Assembly: GCF_004010195.1 (NCBI RefSeq)
Contig: NC_057746.1
Span: forward strand, 4,366,428-4,430,427
Length of the DNA stretch: 64,000 nucleotides
Reading direction: 5' to 3'
Source: Chiloscyllium plagiosum
Taxonomy: Eukaryota
The notes beneath the pieces were generated by a model that was not told the origin of the DNA, made no database searches, and worked only from the letters and a program-made list of their open reading frames with translations. Positions 37,911 to 50,848 of this stretch are shown one piece after another; within the stretch, counting starts at the first letter, position 1; every line of letters begins with the position of its first letter. The position numbers and the translations under genes are program-made.

Positions 37911-38834
37911 AAGAAGGAAACATGATTTCGTCCAATTCATTTTTCCCTTTTCTGAAGGAGATAACCCTTCAGAGACAGTTCCACAGAGAGTGCAACTCTG
38001 CCCTTCTTTTGTGTGGGAGGTGACAAGTGGGGAAGTGTGAAATTAGATGCATGCCCATTCTTCTTCATCATTTGACTGTCACAAACCCCGTTTCCAGCAG
38101 GGACACGGGATAGTGATCAGGAGCAGGCAATGTGGCTACTTTGTTTCCTTAAACCAGGCCCCTAACTTGCCAGGCACTGTGTGGGCCATGGAAAAGACAC
38201 GTAGATGGTGTGTGAAACTGATTATCAGTTCACTGATGTCTTGTGATGTGCTGTAAAGATCAGTGTTTCTCTGACTGAGAAAAAAAATTATTCAGGAGAA
38301 ATGTTAATTCAATGGCGATTTTGAAATCAATGTCCTTGCTTAGCAAAACGATATGAAGAAAAAACACTGAATGGGAGGTGCTTGAAGCTGAGGAAAATAT
38401 TGCTTAGTATCGCTGATTAAAAGGTTCTGCTTTATCCTGGGAAATTAAATACATTGCGCTTGCTCAGACTACACTAACCACATTCAGCTATCAGACATAG
38501 CACTGGGAAAAACTGTCAAATCCAAGCCCAGGTTTTTGGGAAAGACTAAGGCCTTCAGGTAAAATCTTTAAAGAAGGTATTAAAAAAAAAATCAATAAAT
38601 GTGACTCCGGCTTTAGCAGATGAATTGTTATGTTTGCTGGATTAACAATCCAGAGATTGAGTTCTGATCCAACCACAGAAAGGAACATGAAATGAAAAAA
38701 TAAAAATAAGAACAGTGGATGCTGGAAATCAGAAACAACAACATTAAATTATAATTGGAAACCGACTCGTCGATCTCTGCTGCTCATTTAGTTCCACATG
38801 ATCCTCCTTTCTGTCGTGTTCATCTTACACTATC

Positions 38835-39790
38835 AGAATATCCAACACACAGCTCCAGTCAAACGTTCAGCACAAAGAAACGAGTAAATAGCTCTCAGCT
38901 AGATCTTCAAACACAGCATAAGGGACATTTCCACCCCTGTCGGAATTCCTGAAGATTGGTGTGGACTGTAGCGATTATAACGGGGTCATCCAGGGTGATC
39001 TCTGAGAATAGGAGTTAATCTGGTACAATCGGATAGCTCCAGCTGACAGATAAGAAAGAAAGGTTCTGCACACACACAACATGGGTGCTGGGGAAAAAAT
39101 AAACACTACCGCAGTTAGGCGGTAGTGTGGGGGAGGAAAAAAAGCAAAAAAAAACAGACATTTTAATACAAAAAAAAAGAAAAAAGAACAGAAAGGTCAG
39201 ACATCCTATTCACTCTGAGAGCTGGCTTTTGGGAAGCTGGACAAGTGTCAAGCGTTCTCCATGTGTAAATAAAGGGTGACTTTTTAATGGGATACTGTCA
39301 TCTGTGGAGTTATTTCATGGATACTGTGGGATACCATTTGTATAAAAGCTGCTCCTTCACTTACCATCTCTTCACTTGTTTTCAGCCCCAACAGGAAGTA
39401 AACCAGCTCCAGAAGAAGAGAGAATGGGCAGGGTGGGTGGGCTCTCTGATGTCTCTCTCAGCCAACTTTTTTATTATTTCAAAAATATATTTTATTCATA
39501 AATTTTATCTGCAGTACATGCAAAATGTCCTAAAACAGTTCTGCTCAGACTTTACAGAGAAAATAAAAAACAAGCAACACATTAAAATTTGACATTCTTC
39601 AGAGCTTCCTTGCATTTGCATAAAAAAGGCATTTTTCTACTCATGCAGGAAACTATTTACATTCATTTTGAGGCTACAGGGGGCTCTGATAACTGACCAG
39701 GCCCTCATTATACTTTGGCAGAAAGACCTCAGATGGTGGTCTTTACCTACTGTGCCTGTAGCTTTGGAAACTGACCAGCAGATCGAGTTT
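38835..39790. repeat. ZNF-associated module copy upstream of ZNF-D, with nested insertions
   Basis: aatatccaacacacagctccagtcaaacgttcagc and tataaaagctgctccttcacttaccatc match copy 1. Confidence 0.75.
38967..39317 (+). mobile_element. Solo LTR inserted in the ZNF module
   Basis: TG...CA ends, AATAAA near the 3' end, and a 5-bp TSD tggac/tggat splitting the module sequence gtggat. Confidence 0.6.
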
Positions 39791-40084
39791 TAATGGGGTG
39801 TTCAGACTTTTAATTGGTTGAGATATATGTCAAGTGCTCATCGTTGTTTATCTGGAGCTAGAATCTTTTTTTGAAATAAACGGTAGTTCTGGTATAATAC
39901 AGAAACCTGGTACATGCCTTTGGCTAACCTGGGTCTAAAATGATTTGTAAATTGGGGAATTCTATGTTCTTTGATAAAATCTTTCACTTTTGTGACAATT
40001 CTGGGAAAAGTGGGGCTTGATGTCCAGCACGTTACCCTGATTGGAATGCCTGAGAGTGGAACTCTTTCTTTAATGTCTCGATTG

Positions 40085-40740
40085 AACCTGCTTCCACCAC
40101 AGTCTCAGGCATTTCAGATCCTAGCCCCTCATCACATGAAGGATATTTTCTCATGTAGTTATTGCCTCTTTTGTCAATCATCTTAAATCTGTGCCCGTTT
40201 CTCTATCTGTCCATCAATGGAAGCACTTTCTCCCTGTTTCTTGTAGTCAGCTCTCTCGTTATCGTGAAAATCTCTATTACTAAAGAGATTTCCTCCCAAC
40301 TTTCTCTTCTCCAAAGAGAACAGTTCCAACTTCTCCAAACCCTCCAAATAAACTAAAATTCCTGTTCCGTAGAACCACTCTTGGAAATCATTTTGGCACC
40401 TTCTCAAATGGCTTCACATTCTTCCTAAACAGTGATGTCCAGAACTGGATGCAGTGCTCAAGCTGAGATTGTGCTTTATCTGGGTTCAGGATAACTATCT
40501 TGCTTTTGTACTCTGTCCTCCAACTGGTAAAGCACAGGATGCCTAAAGCTTGATGAATCCAAGCTCTTGACCTCTCTTCCACCGTCAGTGATTTAACACA
40601 GATACACCGAAGTCCTTCTACTTCTGTACCTTTTAGAATTGTACCTTTATTTTAGGTTGTCCCTGTCAGTTCTTCCAACAAGATAAATAATTTCAAACTC
40701 ACTGTATCGAATTCCATTTGCTGCCCACTTCATCCAATAA
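40085..40740 (-). mobile_element. Degraded CR1 3' fragment
   Basis: QLEHCIQFWTSLFRKNVK; LEKLELFSLEKRKLGG. Confidence 0.7.
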
Positions 40741-41999
40741 AAACAGCAAAATGTTGGAAAAACTCAGTAGTCAGGCAGTTTGTGTGTGGAGAGAGAAAAA
40801 CACAGCTATTGCTCCAAGTCCAGTATAACTTTTCTGAAGAGGTAGAGTCATCAGATCAGTCATAACCTTTCCTGAACTGGGCTCCATCTCATTATTTGTC
40901 GAAGTCTGTTTCCCATACAGTGTATTGTGACATAAAAGTCAGTGATACAGGAGTGTGAATGATAGAGGCAGACAAGTCTTGATCTAGATCTGGGTGAGAG
41001 ATACCTGGGTTAATCTGACACTCCAGGAACTTTAATTTTTATTAAATGTGCGATGTCTTCTCTCTGAGTGTTTGATAAAAGAATGTCAATGTGGAGAAGT
41101 TATTCTACCTGTATTCTCATTTTAAATTAGGCAAACTTACTTCTTTAAGATCACATCCAAATGTTTTTTTTTAATTTGATGAGGGTTTTTGCATCAATAT
41201 CCTTTCAGACACTGAGTTCCAAACTTTCATGACCCTCTGGCCAAAATAATTTCTCCTCAACTGCCCTTCAATCAATGACTTCAAATATTCTGCTTCCTGC
41301 TGATAGAACTCTCTGCTCAGGGAAATAAGATTGAACAATTCTCTGTCACTGCCACTTTCCTCCGCCAATGAACCCACATGGACAAAATTCTGTCAATGCT
41401 TCCCCCACCCTACCCCTGAACTTTGGTCTTTCTTTTGTTTCTGTCCTATGTCCTGTCATGCCCTCTCTGAGCTCATCTTGCCCATGAGACCCGCCTCCTG
41501 TTCCCTTGACTTGATTCTCAATAAACAGCTGATCACCCACTTTCATTGCTGACTCTCATGTTTACCAAGATTATTCATGGATTCTCTCACTTCAGATGTG
41601 TCCTCTCTCCTTGAAATTTAACACCCTTGTCCTCTCGACCTCTTTGTTATTGCAAACAACCGTCTCATCTTTAACTTCTTCAAATTCCTGGAATAAATTG
41701 TTGCCATGTAAATTATAGACAGGGTCTTGAGTCATGTGAGGTATGAGGGGGAGGGCAAGGGGTGCGGTATCTAACAAGGGGAGAGTGATCGACAGAGTGA
41801 TCTGGTGAGGAGTGGATTTATCTCCAAGTCACTTACTCAGTCAAAGTCAATCTTCAAGTTGAAGAGGGTCTTTAAGAACGGGTTATTCCCTGATCACAGA
41901 GTAATTCCTGTCTTCTTCGTGTGCAACTCCTCTCTGTGCATATACTGATATCATCACTGCAGATCAGTACTGCCTTGGATGCTGAGGATCTTCCTGTTT

Positions 42000-42290
42000 T
42001 GAACTACTGTCAAACACAACTGAATGATATTTCCCACAATGGTGTCATCAGTTTGAAAGCCACCAAGGATGAAGAATGCTATTCACACTAGAATTTTATG
42101 TAATTTACCACAGGAGCTGAAACAGCAACTGCAATATGTGAGGTTTTATTCAGATGGGATAATGACAAGCTTAAATCTCCACCTGATCTGCTGCTCAAAG
42201 TCACCTCCATTTCACTGGTCAGTTTTCCAAGATTCAGGAAACTCACATTACTCCAGAAACAAATGGACTGGCTGTGAGAGGTGTTAATCC
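42000..42290. repeat. ZNF-associated module, partial inverted copy
   Basis: gtgaggttttattcagatgg...ctgatctgctgctcaaagtcacctccatttc is the reverse complement of ~10200-10330. Confidence 0.75.
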
Positions 42291-42989
42291 CTGGCTCTCA
42301 CTGTCATTTCCTCATGTTGGTCAGCAAAAGGGACAGCATATGTAGGAAAAGGGCAAGATCCACTCAGTAGAGACTAGTGGGATCCAGCCTTAGCTCATCT
42401 ACTGATGAAACCCTCATCCATAACTTTGCAGGTTGTGACTCTGTTTGTGCACTGACATGAACCAACATGAGTTGAGATCCAGTTGCTGGTCTCAAATCCC
42501 TTGGTAAATGTTTGGAAGCGTTAATGGAAGTTTATCCAAGTTGGGCTACTGGAAGGGTGAGAAGTGGTTGAGGCAGCTGATAGGATTGTTTCAATATTAT
42601 TTCTCTAAGCAGAAAGGTCAACATCCAGGGAGTAGAGATTGATGGTAAATATTGGAAGGATTAGAGGGGAGTTGAGGAATTGGTTTTTCTCCCCCCAGAG
42701 GAAGGAGGAGTGTGGACCTCAGTGGCTAAAAGGGTGATAAAACAGAAACACCCAACGTATTTAACAAAAGCTTAGATGAGACCTTCAAGAATAATTTGTC
42801 CATGTTTAAAATAGGGATGGAATAAATTTTTGAGTTCACACTTCCATCAAACATTTTACCAGAGAAGGTAAAGCACGGGTTAGATACAGAGTCAAGCTGT
42901 ATCTAAACTGTCCCTGGAGTGTCGGATTAACCCAGGTCACTCACAACTGGATCAGGACTCTCCTGTCTCAGTTGCTCAGACTTTCCTGT

Positions 42990-43330
42990 ATTTTTGAAAT
43001 TCTTTCAAGGGATGTGGGCAGCACAGGCTAGACCAGCATTTATTGTAATTCTCCAATTGACCAGAGGGCAGTTAACAGTCAGCCACATTTGTGTGTGTCA
43101 TTTATAGGCCAGACTGACTAAGGAAGGACATTAGTGAACCCGATGATGTTTTATGACAATCAACTGTGGTTACTTGGCTGCCACAATACTACTTTAATTT
43201 TTGTTTATTTTATTGAAATTGAATTTCACCATCTATTATAATAGGATTGAAACCAATTTCCTTGAAACATTTGTCCAAGGTTCTGGATTTATAAATCTTG
43301 TGACATTACCACTCTGTCAGCACCTTGACC
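42990..43330 (-). mobile_element. tRNA-derived SINE, degraded
   Basis: Minus strand gtggtaatgtcacaag head and aataaatgctggtctagcc tail, related to 32330-32660. Confidence 0.55.
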
Positions 43331-43911
43331 ACACTCTCCCCATACTCAGGATCCTAGTCCTCCCTGTCAGGAAAGTACAAACAGTCCCCATGGTATTGGT
43401 CAAACACCTGTCACTTGAAGAGGATCTGTCTATAATTCACATAACTAACTAAAGCAAGGTCTGATTTTATGTCAAACCCATTCCTCTGAGAGTTGGCTCA
43501 TTTTACAAGCACAGAGGCCACAACTAAACTTGGAGCCAAGATGTTCAGCAGTGCATTTAGGAAGTGTCCGGAAGGCAGGTAGTGCAGGGCCCTGAATGTA
43601 TCTCACTCTTCAACCATCATTGAGCTCTGAATCCTGATGAAAGTGATGGGTAATCGAGGGAGTCCATGGTACCACAGCTGGCTCAGCTGTACAGGAAGGT
43701 CCACTGAAACTGGGAAAAGCAATCATTATCACGGATTCAATAGTTCTGGGAATACACAAATATAACTGAAGAAGCAATTCCAGGTTGATATATTACCTCG
43801 CTGGTGCCAGGGTCAGGGATGTGACTGAATGACTACAAATGTCAGTACGGGGATTTTTTAGGAGGAAGTGATAACTGCATCACAGGGGTTAGATTGGCTG
43901 TGCACACAGGC

Positions 43912-44830
43912 AACATAGAACTGTACAGCGCAGGAATGGGCCCTTTGGCCCAGAATGTTGTACCGAACATGACTCCAAATTAAACTAATCACTTCTGCCT
44001 GCCTTTGCTTCATTTCTTTCCATACCTTGCATATTCATGTGCTTATCTAAAAATCTCTTAAACATCCCCTATCGTGTCTGCCTTCATCACCACCCCGAGC
44101 AGCGCAATCCACAGTCCTACCAATCTCCGTTAAAAAACTTGCCCCTCACACCCCCTCTCACCCGAAATACATGCCCTCTAGTATTAGATATTTCAACTCT
44201 GGGAAGAATATTCTAACGATCAACCCATCTATACATCTCATAATTTTATAGACTTTGACCAAGTCTCACCTCAGCCTCCGCTGCTCCAGAGAAAACAACC
44301 TAAGTTTTTCTAGCATCTCCTTGTAGTTCCTACTCTCTAATGCAGGCAGATCCTGGTCAACCTCTTCTGCACCCTCTCCAAAGCCTCTACATCCTTCCTG
44401 TAATGTGGTGACCAGAAATTAACATAGTACTGTTAAGTGTGGTCTAACCAAGTGTTACAAAGCTGCAACATGACATCCTGATTATTTACTCAATTTCCTG
44501 ACCAATAAAGGTAAGCATGCCATATGCCTTCTTTACCACACTATCTATTTCTGTGACCACTGTCAAGGAGATATGGACTTGAACCCCAAGATCCCTCTGT
44601 ACATCAATGCTCTTTAGAGTCCTGCCATTAACTGTATACCTTTCCTTAACATTTGATCCCCCAACATGCAGCACCTCACACTTATTTGGATTAAACTCCA
44701 TCTACCGTTTCTCCACCCATATCTGCAACTGTTCTAGATTCTCCTGTATCCTTTGTCAAACTTTGACACTATCCACAACTCCACCAATCTTTGTATCATT
44801 TAGAAACTTACTAACCCACCCTTCTACAGG
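43912..44830 (-). mobile_element. CR1 3' fragment
   Basis: MEFNPNKCEVLHVG...QRDLGVQVH; tail ending ttctatgtt. Confidence 0.85.
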
Positions 44831-45299
44831 AGTGGTTCAGAGTGAGAGTATTTAACTGGTTGAAAGCTAACTGGAATTGGAAAAGAATAGTTCAGACTCA
44901 GACAAGTGGAATTAAAGGTTGCTGGCAAAATGTTCGCTGAATGAACTTATGCTTTTAAAGAGGAGATAATTAGGTACAGTCAATATTTAGAGACTGGAAG
45001 TTATACCTCCACAATTTTCAAGTCTCATTAGATTCATGGGTGATGCAAAAGGACTGATTTGGAAAGATAACTCTCCACAGATACTGCCTGATCTGATGAA
45101 TTTCTCCAGCTTTGTTTGTTCTTAATGCAAACATGACTCCTTCAAAAAGAATATGAAGATAAGCCTAATGACTACAGTTCAGTCAGTTTAATATCAGTGA
45201 GAAACAATAATTCAGAATAAAATTAACAGTCATTTTTTAACAAAAGACAACACAGATTTCACAAGTTTGATTGCATGTCCCAATCCATCATTGTGCAGC

Positions 45300-46412
45300 T
45301 TACTTAATGGGACTCCCCCCTGTGTGGATTATCTGGTGTCGCAGAAGGCTCGATGACTGTGTGAATGCTCGGTCACACATCTCGCACTTGAAAGGCTTCT
45401 CACCTGTGTGGATTGTTTGATGTTGTATTAGGTGTGATGACTGCGTGAAGGCTAGGTCACAAATTTCACATTTGAAGGGTTTCTCGCCTGTGTGAATTCG
45501 TTGGTGTCTATGGAGGTTCGTTAACTTTGAAAATGATTTGTCACATATCTCACAGATGAAGGGTTTCTCCCCTGTATGAATGCGCTGGTGAGCACGGAGG
45601 CTTGATGATTGCGAGAATGATTTATCGCACTCCTCACATGTGAACGGTTTCTCACCAGTGTGAGTGCGTTGGTGCCTTGCCAGGTCTGACGATCTTCCAA
45701 AGCCATCACAACACACCACACACTTAAAAGGTTTCTCCCCTGTGTGAATTCTTTCATGTGTCAGGAGATCGGATGATTGAACAAAAGCCATCATACAAAC
45801 CTTACACTTGAAGGGCTTTTCCCCTGTGTGAAACCTCTGGTGTGTCAGCAACCTTGTAGATGTTGCAAAAGCTTTATCACAAAGCTCACATTTGAATGGT
45901 TTCTCTCCTGTGTGGATTGTTCGATGAACTTGGAGGTGCGATAACTGTGTAAAGGCTTTGTTGCACACCTTGCACGTGAATGACTTCTCCCCTGTGTGAA
46001 TTTGTTGGTGTACACGGAGGTTTGTTAACTGTGAGAATGATTTGTCACACTCAGGGCACGTGAATGGTTTCTCTCCGGTGTGAATGCGTTGGTGAGTGCG
46101 GAGGTTCCACGACCGTAAGAATGACTTGGCGCAGATTTCACATGCAAAGGATTTCTGGACAGTGTGAATATGTTGACATTGCACCAGATCCGATAATCGT
46201 CCAAAACTCTCACTCCGCACTTCACTTTTGAAGTTTTTCTCCCTTGTGTGGATTGTCTGATGTACTAGAAGATTGGATAACTGTGTGAAGGCTTTGTCAC
46301 ATACGCCACACATGAATGACTTCTCCCCTGCATGAATGCACTTGTGAGCATGGAGGTTCTCTGACTGTGAGAATGATTTGGAACACACCTCACACTTGAA
46401 GGGCTCCTCCAT
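45300..46412 (-). CDS. C2H2 zinc-finger protein ZNF-C, 13 finger units (12 intact)
   Basis: ORF 45300..46502 with likely ATG at 46412 (MEEPFKC). Decayed, frameshifted fingers lie upstream at ~46420-46920. Confidence 0.88.
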   Translation of the reverse strand: MEEPFKCEVCSKSFSQSENLHAHKCIHAGEKSFMCGVCDKAFTQLSNLLVHQTIHTREKNFKSEVRSESFGRLSDLVQCQHIHTVQKSFACEICAKSFLRSWNLRTHQRIHTGEKPFTCPECDKSFSQLTNLRVHQQIHTGEKSFTCKVCNKAFTQLSHLQVHRTIHTGEKPFKCELCDKAFATSTRLLTHQRFHTGEKPFKCKVCMMAFVQSSDLLTHERIHTGEKPFKCVVCCDGFGRSSDLARHQRTHTGEKPFTCEECDKSFSQSSSLRAHQRIHTGEKPFICEICDKSFSKLTNLHRHQRIHTGEKPFKCEICDLAFTQSSHLIQHQTIHTGEKPFKCEMCDRAFTQSSSLLRHQIIHTGGSPIK

Positions 46413-47149
46413 TGTGTGAATTGTCTGGTGTGTCAGAAAATTGAAGAATTGGATACAGGCCAGCACACAAACCTCATCCAGAGAGTTGTTACCCCATATC
46501 AAATGTCTGGTGGTGCATCAGGAGGTTTGCAAGTGTTCAGAAAGCTTCATCACAAACCTCACATTTGAAGAGTGTCTCTCCTTTGTGGGTTATCTAATGG
46601 ACCAGGAGTCTTGATGACAGTGAAACAGATTGGCATGCAGCTTACATGTTGAGCAACTTCTCCCCTGTTTGAATTTGTTGGGGTATTCAGAGGTATTTTA
46701 ACTATGAGATTGCTTTGTCACACACCCACACATGAATGACTACTCACATCTGTGAATATGCTGGTATCTGCAGAGGGTCAATAACTTCCAAAATCGTTTT
46801 GTCACACATCTCAAACTGGATAGCTTTTTCACCAATGTGGATACACTTGTGTCTCAGGATTGTTAGTGACTGTGTGAAGTCCTGGTCACACATTCCACTG
46901 CAAACAGTTTCAATGCCACATTGCTCTTCAGAGTTGAAGCCTGCATGTTATGAGATCTTATGAAACTGTGGAGTCCTCTTCACAAAACTCATACTTGAGT
47001 AGCTCCTCATCTGTAGGAGTAAATCAGTGGTTCATGAGACTCAATGAATGACTGAAGCAGTCACCATACTTGAAGCCCATTCATGTATTTCCTCAGCTTC
47101 ATCTTCTCTGTGTTGAGCAATACTGTCAAAGGAACAGATCAGTGAATTT

Positions 47150-49975
47150 TTTAAGTGTGTGGGTTCTTTCTTGATTATATGTTTTTTGAGATAATGTCTC
47201 TTGATTAAACTTAAAATATAAGCCATAACTATTCATTTAACCTGGGGCAGTGTTTTGTAGAGGAATAAGGCAGTGTTATTTTCTGGGTCTGTAGAGTGTG
47301 AAGGAGCAAAAATGGCCTTTAGTACAGTGATTTGTATTTCTTGTCAGATGTGCGAGTTTAAAGAGAGTTTAAGGGTTACTGCGTATTATATCTGCAATAA
47401 ATGCTGTTGGTTGTGAATCCTATCAGATTGAATGGATCGGTTGGAGAGAAATTTAGAAGCAATGAGGAATTTGCAACAGCAACAATATGTGATGGATGGC
47501 AGTTATAGGAAGGGGGGAAAGTCTCAGATACAGTCACATAGATGGGTTAACTCCAGGAAAGGTAAGAAAGGTAGGCAGCAGGTGCAGGAGTCTTCTGTGG
47601 CAATCCCCACTTCAAACTTGGAAAAGATAGGGGGTGATCAATTCACAGGGGAACATAGCACGAAAAGCCAAGCTTCTGGTATTGAGACTGGCTCTAATGC
47701 AACGAGGGGTTCGTCAGATTCCAAGAGATCAGTTGTGTGAGGGGACTCTCTAGTCCAAGCTATAGACAGATGTTTCTGTGGCCAGCAGCGTAAAATCAGA
47801 AAGGTGTGTTGCTTCCCTGGTGCCATGATCAAGGATGTCTCAGAGAGGGTGCAGAATGGTCTCACGAAAAGCCAAGCTTCTGGTATTGAGACTGGCTCTA
47901 ATGCAACGAGGGGTTCGTCAGATTCCAAGAGATCAGTTGTGTGAGGGGACTCTCTAGTCCGAGCTATAGACAGATGTTTCTGTGGCCAGCAGCGTAAAAT
48001 CAGAAAGGTGTGTTGCTTCCTTGGTGCCATGATCAAGGATGTCTCAGTGAGGGTGCAGAATGGTCTCACGGGGGAGAGGAACCAGCAAGAGGTAATTGTC
48101 CACACTGGAACCAGCGACAAAGGAAGGGAAAAGGTTGAGATTCTGAAAGGAAGATGACAAAGAGTTAGGCAGTAATTTAAAAAAGAGGTCCTCGAGAGTA
48201 GTAATATCTGGATTACTCCTGGTGCTACGAGCTAGTGAGGGCAGGAATAGGAGAATACAGCAGATGAATGCATAGCTGGAGAGCTGATGTTTGGACGAAG
48301 GATTCACATTTTTGGATCTCTGGAATCTATTTTGGGGTAAAAGTGACCTGTACAAGAAGGACGGATTGCACCTAAATTGGAAGGGTACTAATATACTGGC
48401 AGGGAGAATTGTTAGAGCTGCTTGGGAGGATTTAAACTAGTAAGGTGGGGGGAGGGTGGGACCCAGGGAGATAGTTAGAAAGAGATCAATCTGAGACTGG
48501 TACAGTTGAGAACAGAAGTCAGTCAAACAGGGCAAGCAGGGACAAGGTAGGACAAATAAATTAAACTGCATTTATTTCAATGCAAGGAGCCTAACAGGGA
48601 AGGCAGATGAACTCCGGGCATGGTTAGGAGGGAGGATATTCCCTGAAATACATCCAGGGAAGTTATTTGGGTGGAACTGAGAAATAAGAAAGGGATGATC
48701 ACCTTATTGGGATTGTATTATAGACCCCTTAATAGTCAGAGGGAAATTGAGAAACAAACTTGTGAGGAGATCTCATCTATCTGTTTCAGGTGAACCCTCG
48801 AACTCTGTGGGAAGATAGAGAAATGATTGCTGGGCATCTTAATGAGATATTTGTATCATCAATAGTCACAGGTGAGGTGCCAGAAAACTGGAGGTTTGCT
48901 AACGTGGTGCCACTGTTTAAGAAGAGTGGTAAGGACAAGCCAGGGAACTACAGACCAGTGAGCCTGACGTCAGTGGTGGGCAAGTTGTTGGAGGGAATCC
49001 TGAGGGACAGGATGTACATGTATTTGAAAAGGTAAGGACTGATTAGAGATAGTCAACATGCTTTATGCGTGGGAAATTATTTCTCACAAACTTGATTGAG
49101 TTGTTTGAACAAGTAACAAAGAGGATTGATGAGGGCAGAGCGATAGATGTGATCTATATAGACTTCAGTAAGGTGTTCTAAAAGGTTCCCCGTGGGAGAC
49201 TGGTTAGCAAGGTTAGATCTCACAGAATACAGGGAGGACGAGCGATTTGGATACAGAATTGGCTCAAAGATATAAAACAGAGGGTGGTGGTGAAGGACTG
49301 TTTTTCAGACCGGAGGCCTGTGACCAGTGGAGTGCCACAAAGATCGGTGCTGGGTCCTCTACTTATTATCATTTATATAAATGATTTGGGTGTGAGCATA
49401 AGAGGTATGCTTAGTAAGTTTGCAGAGGACACCAAAATTGGAGGTGTGGTGGACAGCGAAGAAGGTAACCTCAGAGTACAATGGGATCTTGATCAGATGG
49501 GCCAATGGGCTGAGAAGTGGCAGATGGAGTTTAAATCAGATAAATGGGTGGTGCTGCATTTTGGGAAAGCAAATCTTAGCAGGACTTATACACTTAATGG
49601 TAAGTTCCTAAGGAGTGTTGCTGAACAAAGAGACCTTGGAGTGCAGGTTCACAGCCCCTTGAAAGTGGAGTCGCAAGTCGATAGGATAGTGAAGAAGGCG
49701 TTTGGTATGCTTTCCTTTTTTGGGTCAGAGTATTGAGTAAAGGAGTTGGGAGGTCATGTTGCAGCTGTACAGGACATTGGTCAGGCTACTGTTGGAATAT
49801 TACGTGCAATTCTGGTCTCCTTCCTATCGGAAAAATGTTATGAAACTTGAAAGGGTTCAGAAAAGATTTACAAGAATGTTGCCAGGGTTGGAGGATTTGA
49901 GCTATAAGGGGAGGCTGAACAGACTGGGTCTGTTTTCCCTAGAGCTGAGGGGTGACCTTATAAAATTCTTGCAAA
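47150..49975 (+). mobile_element. CR1/HER1-type LINE, near full length with internal deletions (ORF1 esterase, ORF2 EN/RT remnants)
   Basis: ORF1 GDSLVRAIDRCFCG...CFPGA; ORF2 WRFANVVPLFKK...PGNYRPVSLTSVVGK, SGVPQRSVLGP, SKFAEDTKIGG. Confidence 0.9.
47659..48070 (+). repeat. 204-bp tandem duplication inside CR1 ORF1
   Basis: cacg at 47659, 47863 and 48067 brackets two near-identical units. Confidence 0.95.
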
Positions 49976-50299
49976 AAGGCATTAAAAAAAACAATAAATC
50001 TATCTCTGGGTATGGCAGCTGAATTGCTATCGAGTTGGATTTAACTATTCAGAGATTGGGAGTTTCAAATCCAACAAAGGAAAGTTACATCAACAGATAT
50101 AGGGCATTTCACCTAATTGGTCCGTGCTGCTTTTTGTGCTTCACAGGAGCCTCCTGTCACCGTTGAGAAGACTCAAATGTGTGTTTGAATGCAAAGTTGA
50201 AAGTCTTTTTTGTTTTCACCATCTTTCTCAGATAATGGACTGAAAATACACTCACAAGGGTGACTGGTCAGAGGTGGTATAGCTTTGCCCACCAACATA

Positions 50300-50848
50300 A
50301 AGTCATAGAGATGTACAGCACAAAAACTGACCCTTTGGTCTAACACTTCCATGCCAACCACACATCCAAATTCAATCTACTCTCGTTTGCCAGCACTTGG
50401 CCTATATCTCTCTAAATTTGTCCTATTCATACACCCAGTCACATGTTTTTTAAATGTTGAAATTGTTCCAGCCTCATTCCATATATGCACCACCCTTTGC
50501 TTCAAAAATTTGCCCCTTCGGTCCCTTTTAAATCTTTCCCCTCTCACCCCAAAACTCGTGTAGTGCTGGACTCCCCCACCTCAGGGAAAAGACCTTGTCT
50601 ATTTACCCTATTCATGCCCCTCATGTTTTTATAAACCTCTATAATGTCACCCCTCAGCCTCTGAGACTCCAGTGAAAACAGCCCCAGGCTATTCAATCTC
50701 TCCTTATAGTTCAAATCTTCCAAACTTGACACCATCCTTGTGAATCTTTTCTGAAACCTTTCAAGTTTCACAACATCCTTTCCATAAGAGGGAGACCAAA
50801 GCTGCATATAATATTCCAAATGTGGCTGAACCAATGTCCTATGTCGGC
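50300..50848 (-). mobile_element. CR1/HER1 3' fragment
   Basis: LVQPHLEYYMQLWSP...RGDIIEVYK. Confidence 0.85.

Noticed and set aside
7624-46502. KRAB, SCAN, BTB or SET effector exons and specific gene symbols for the ZNFs
   Set aside because: No such motif is recognisable in frame or in upstream ORFs, and orthology cannot be assigned from finger arrays.
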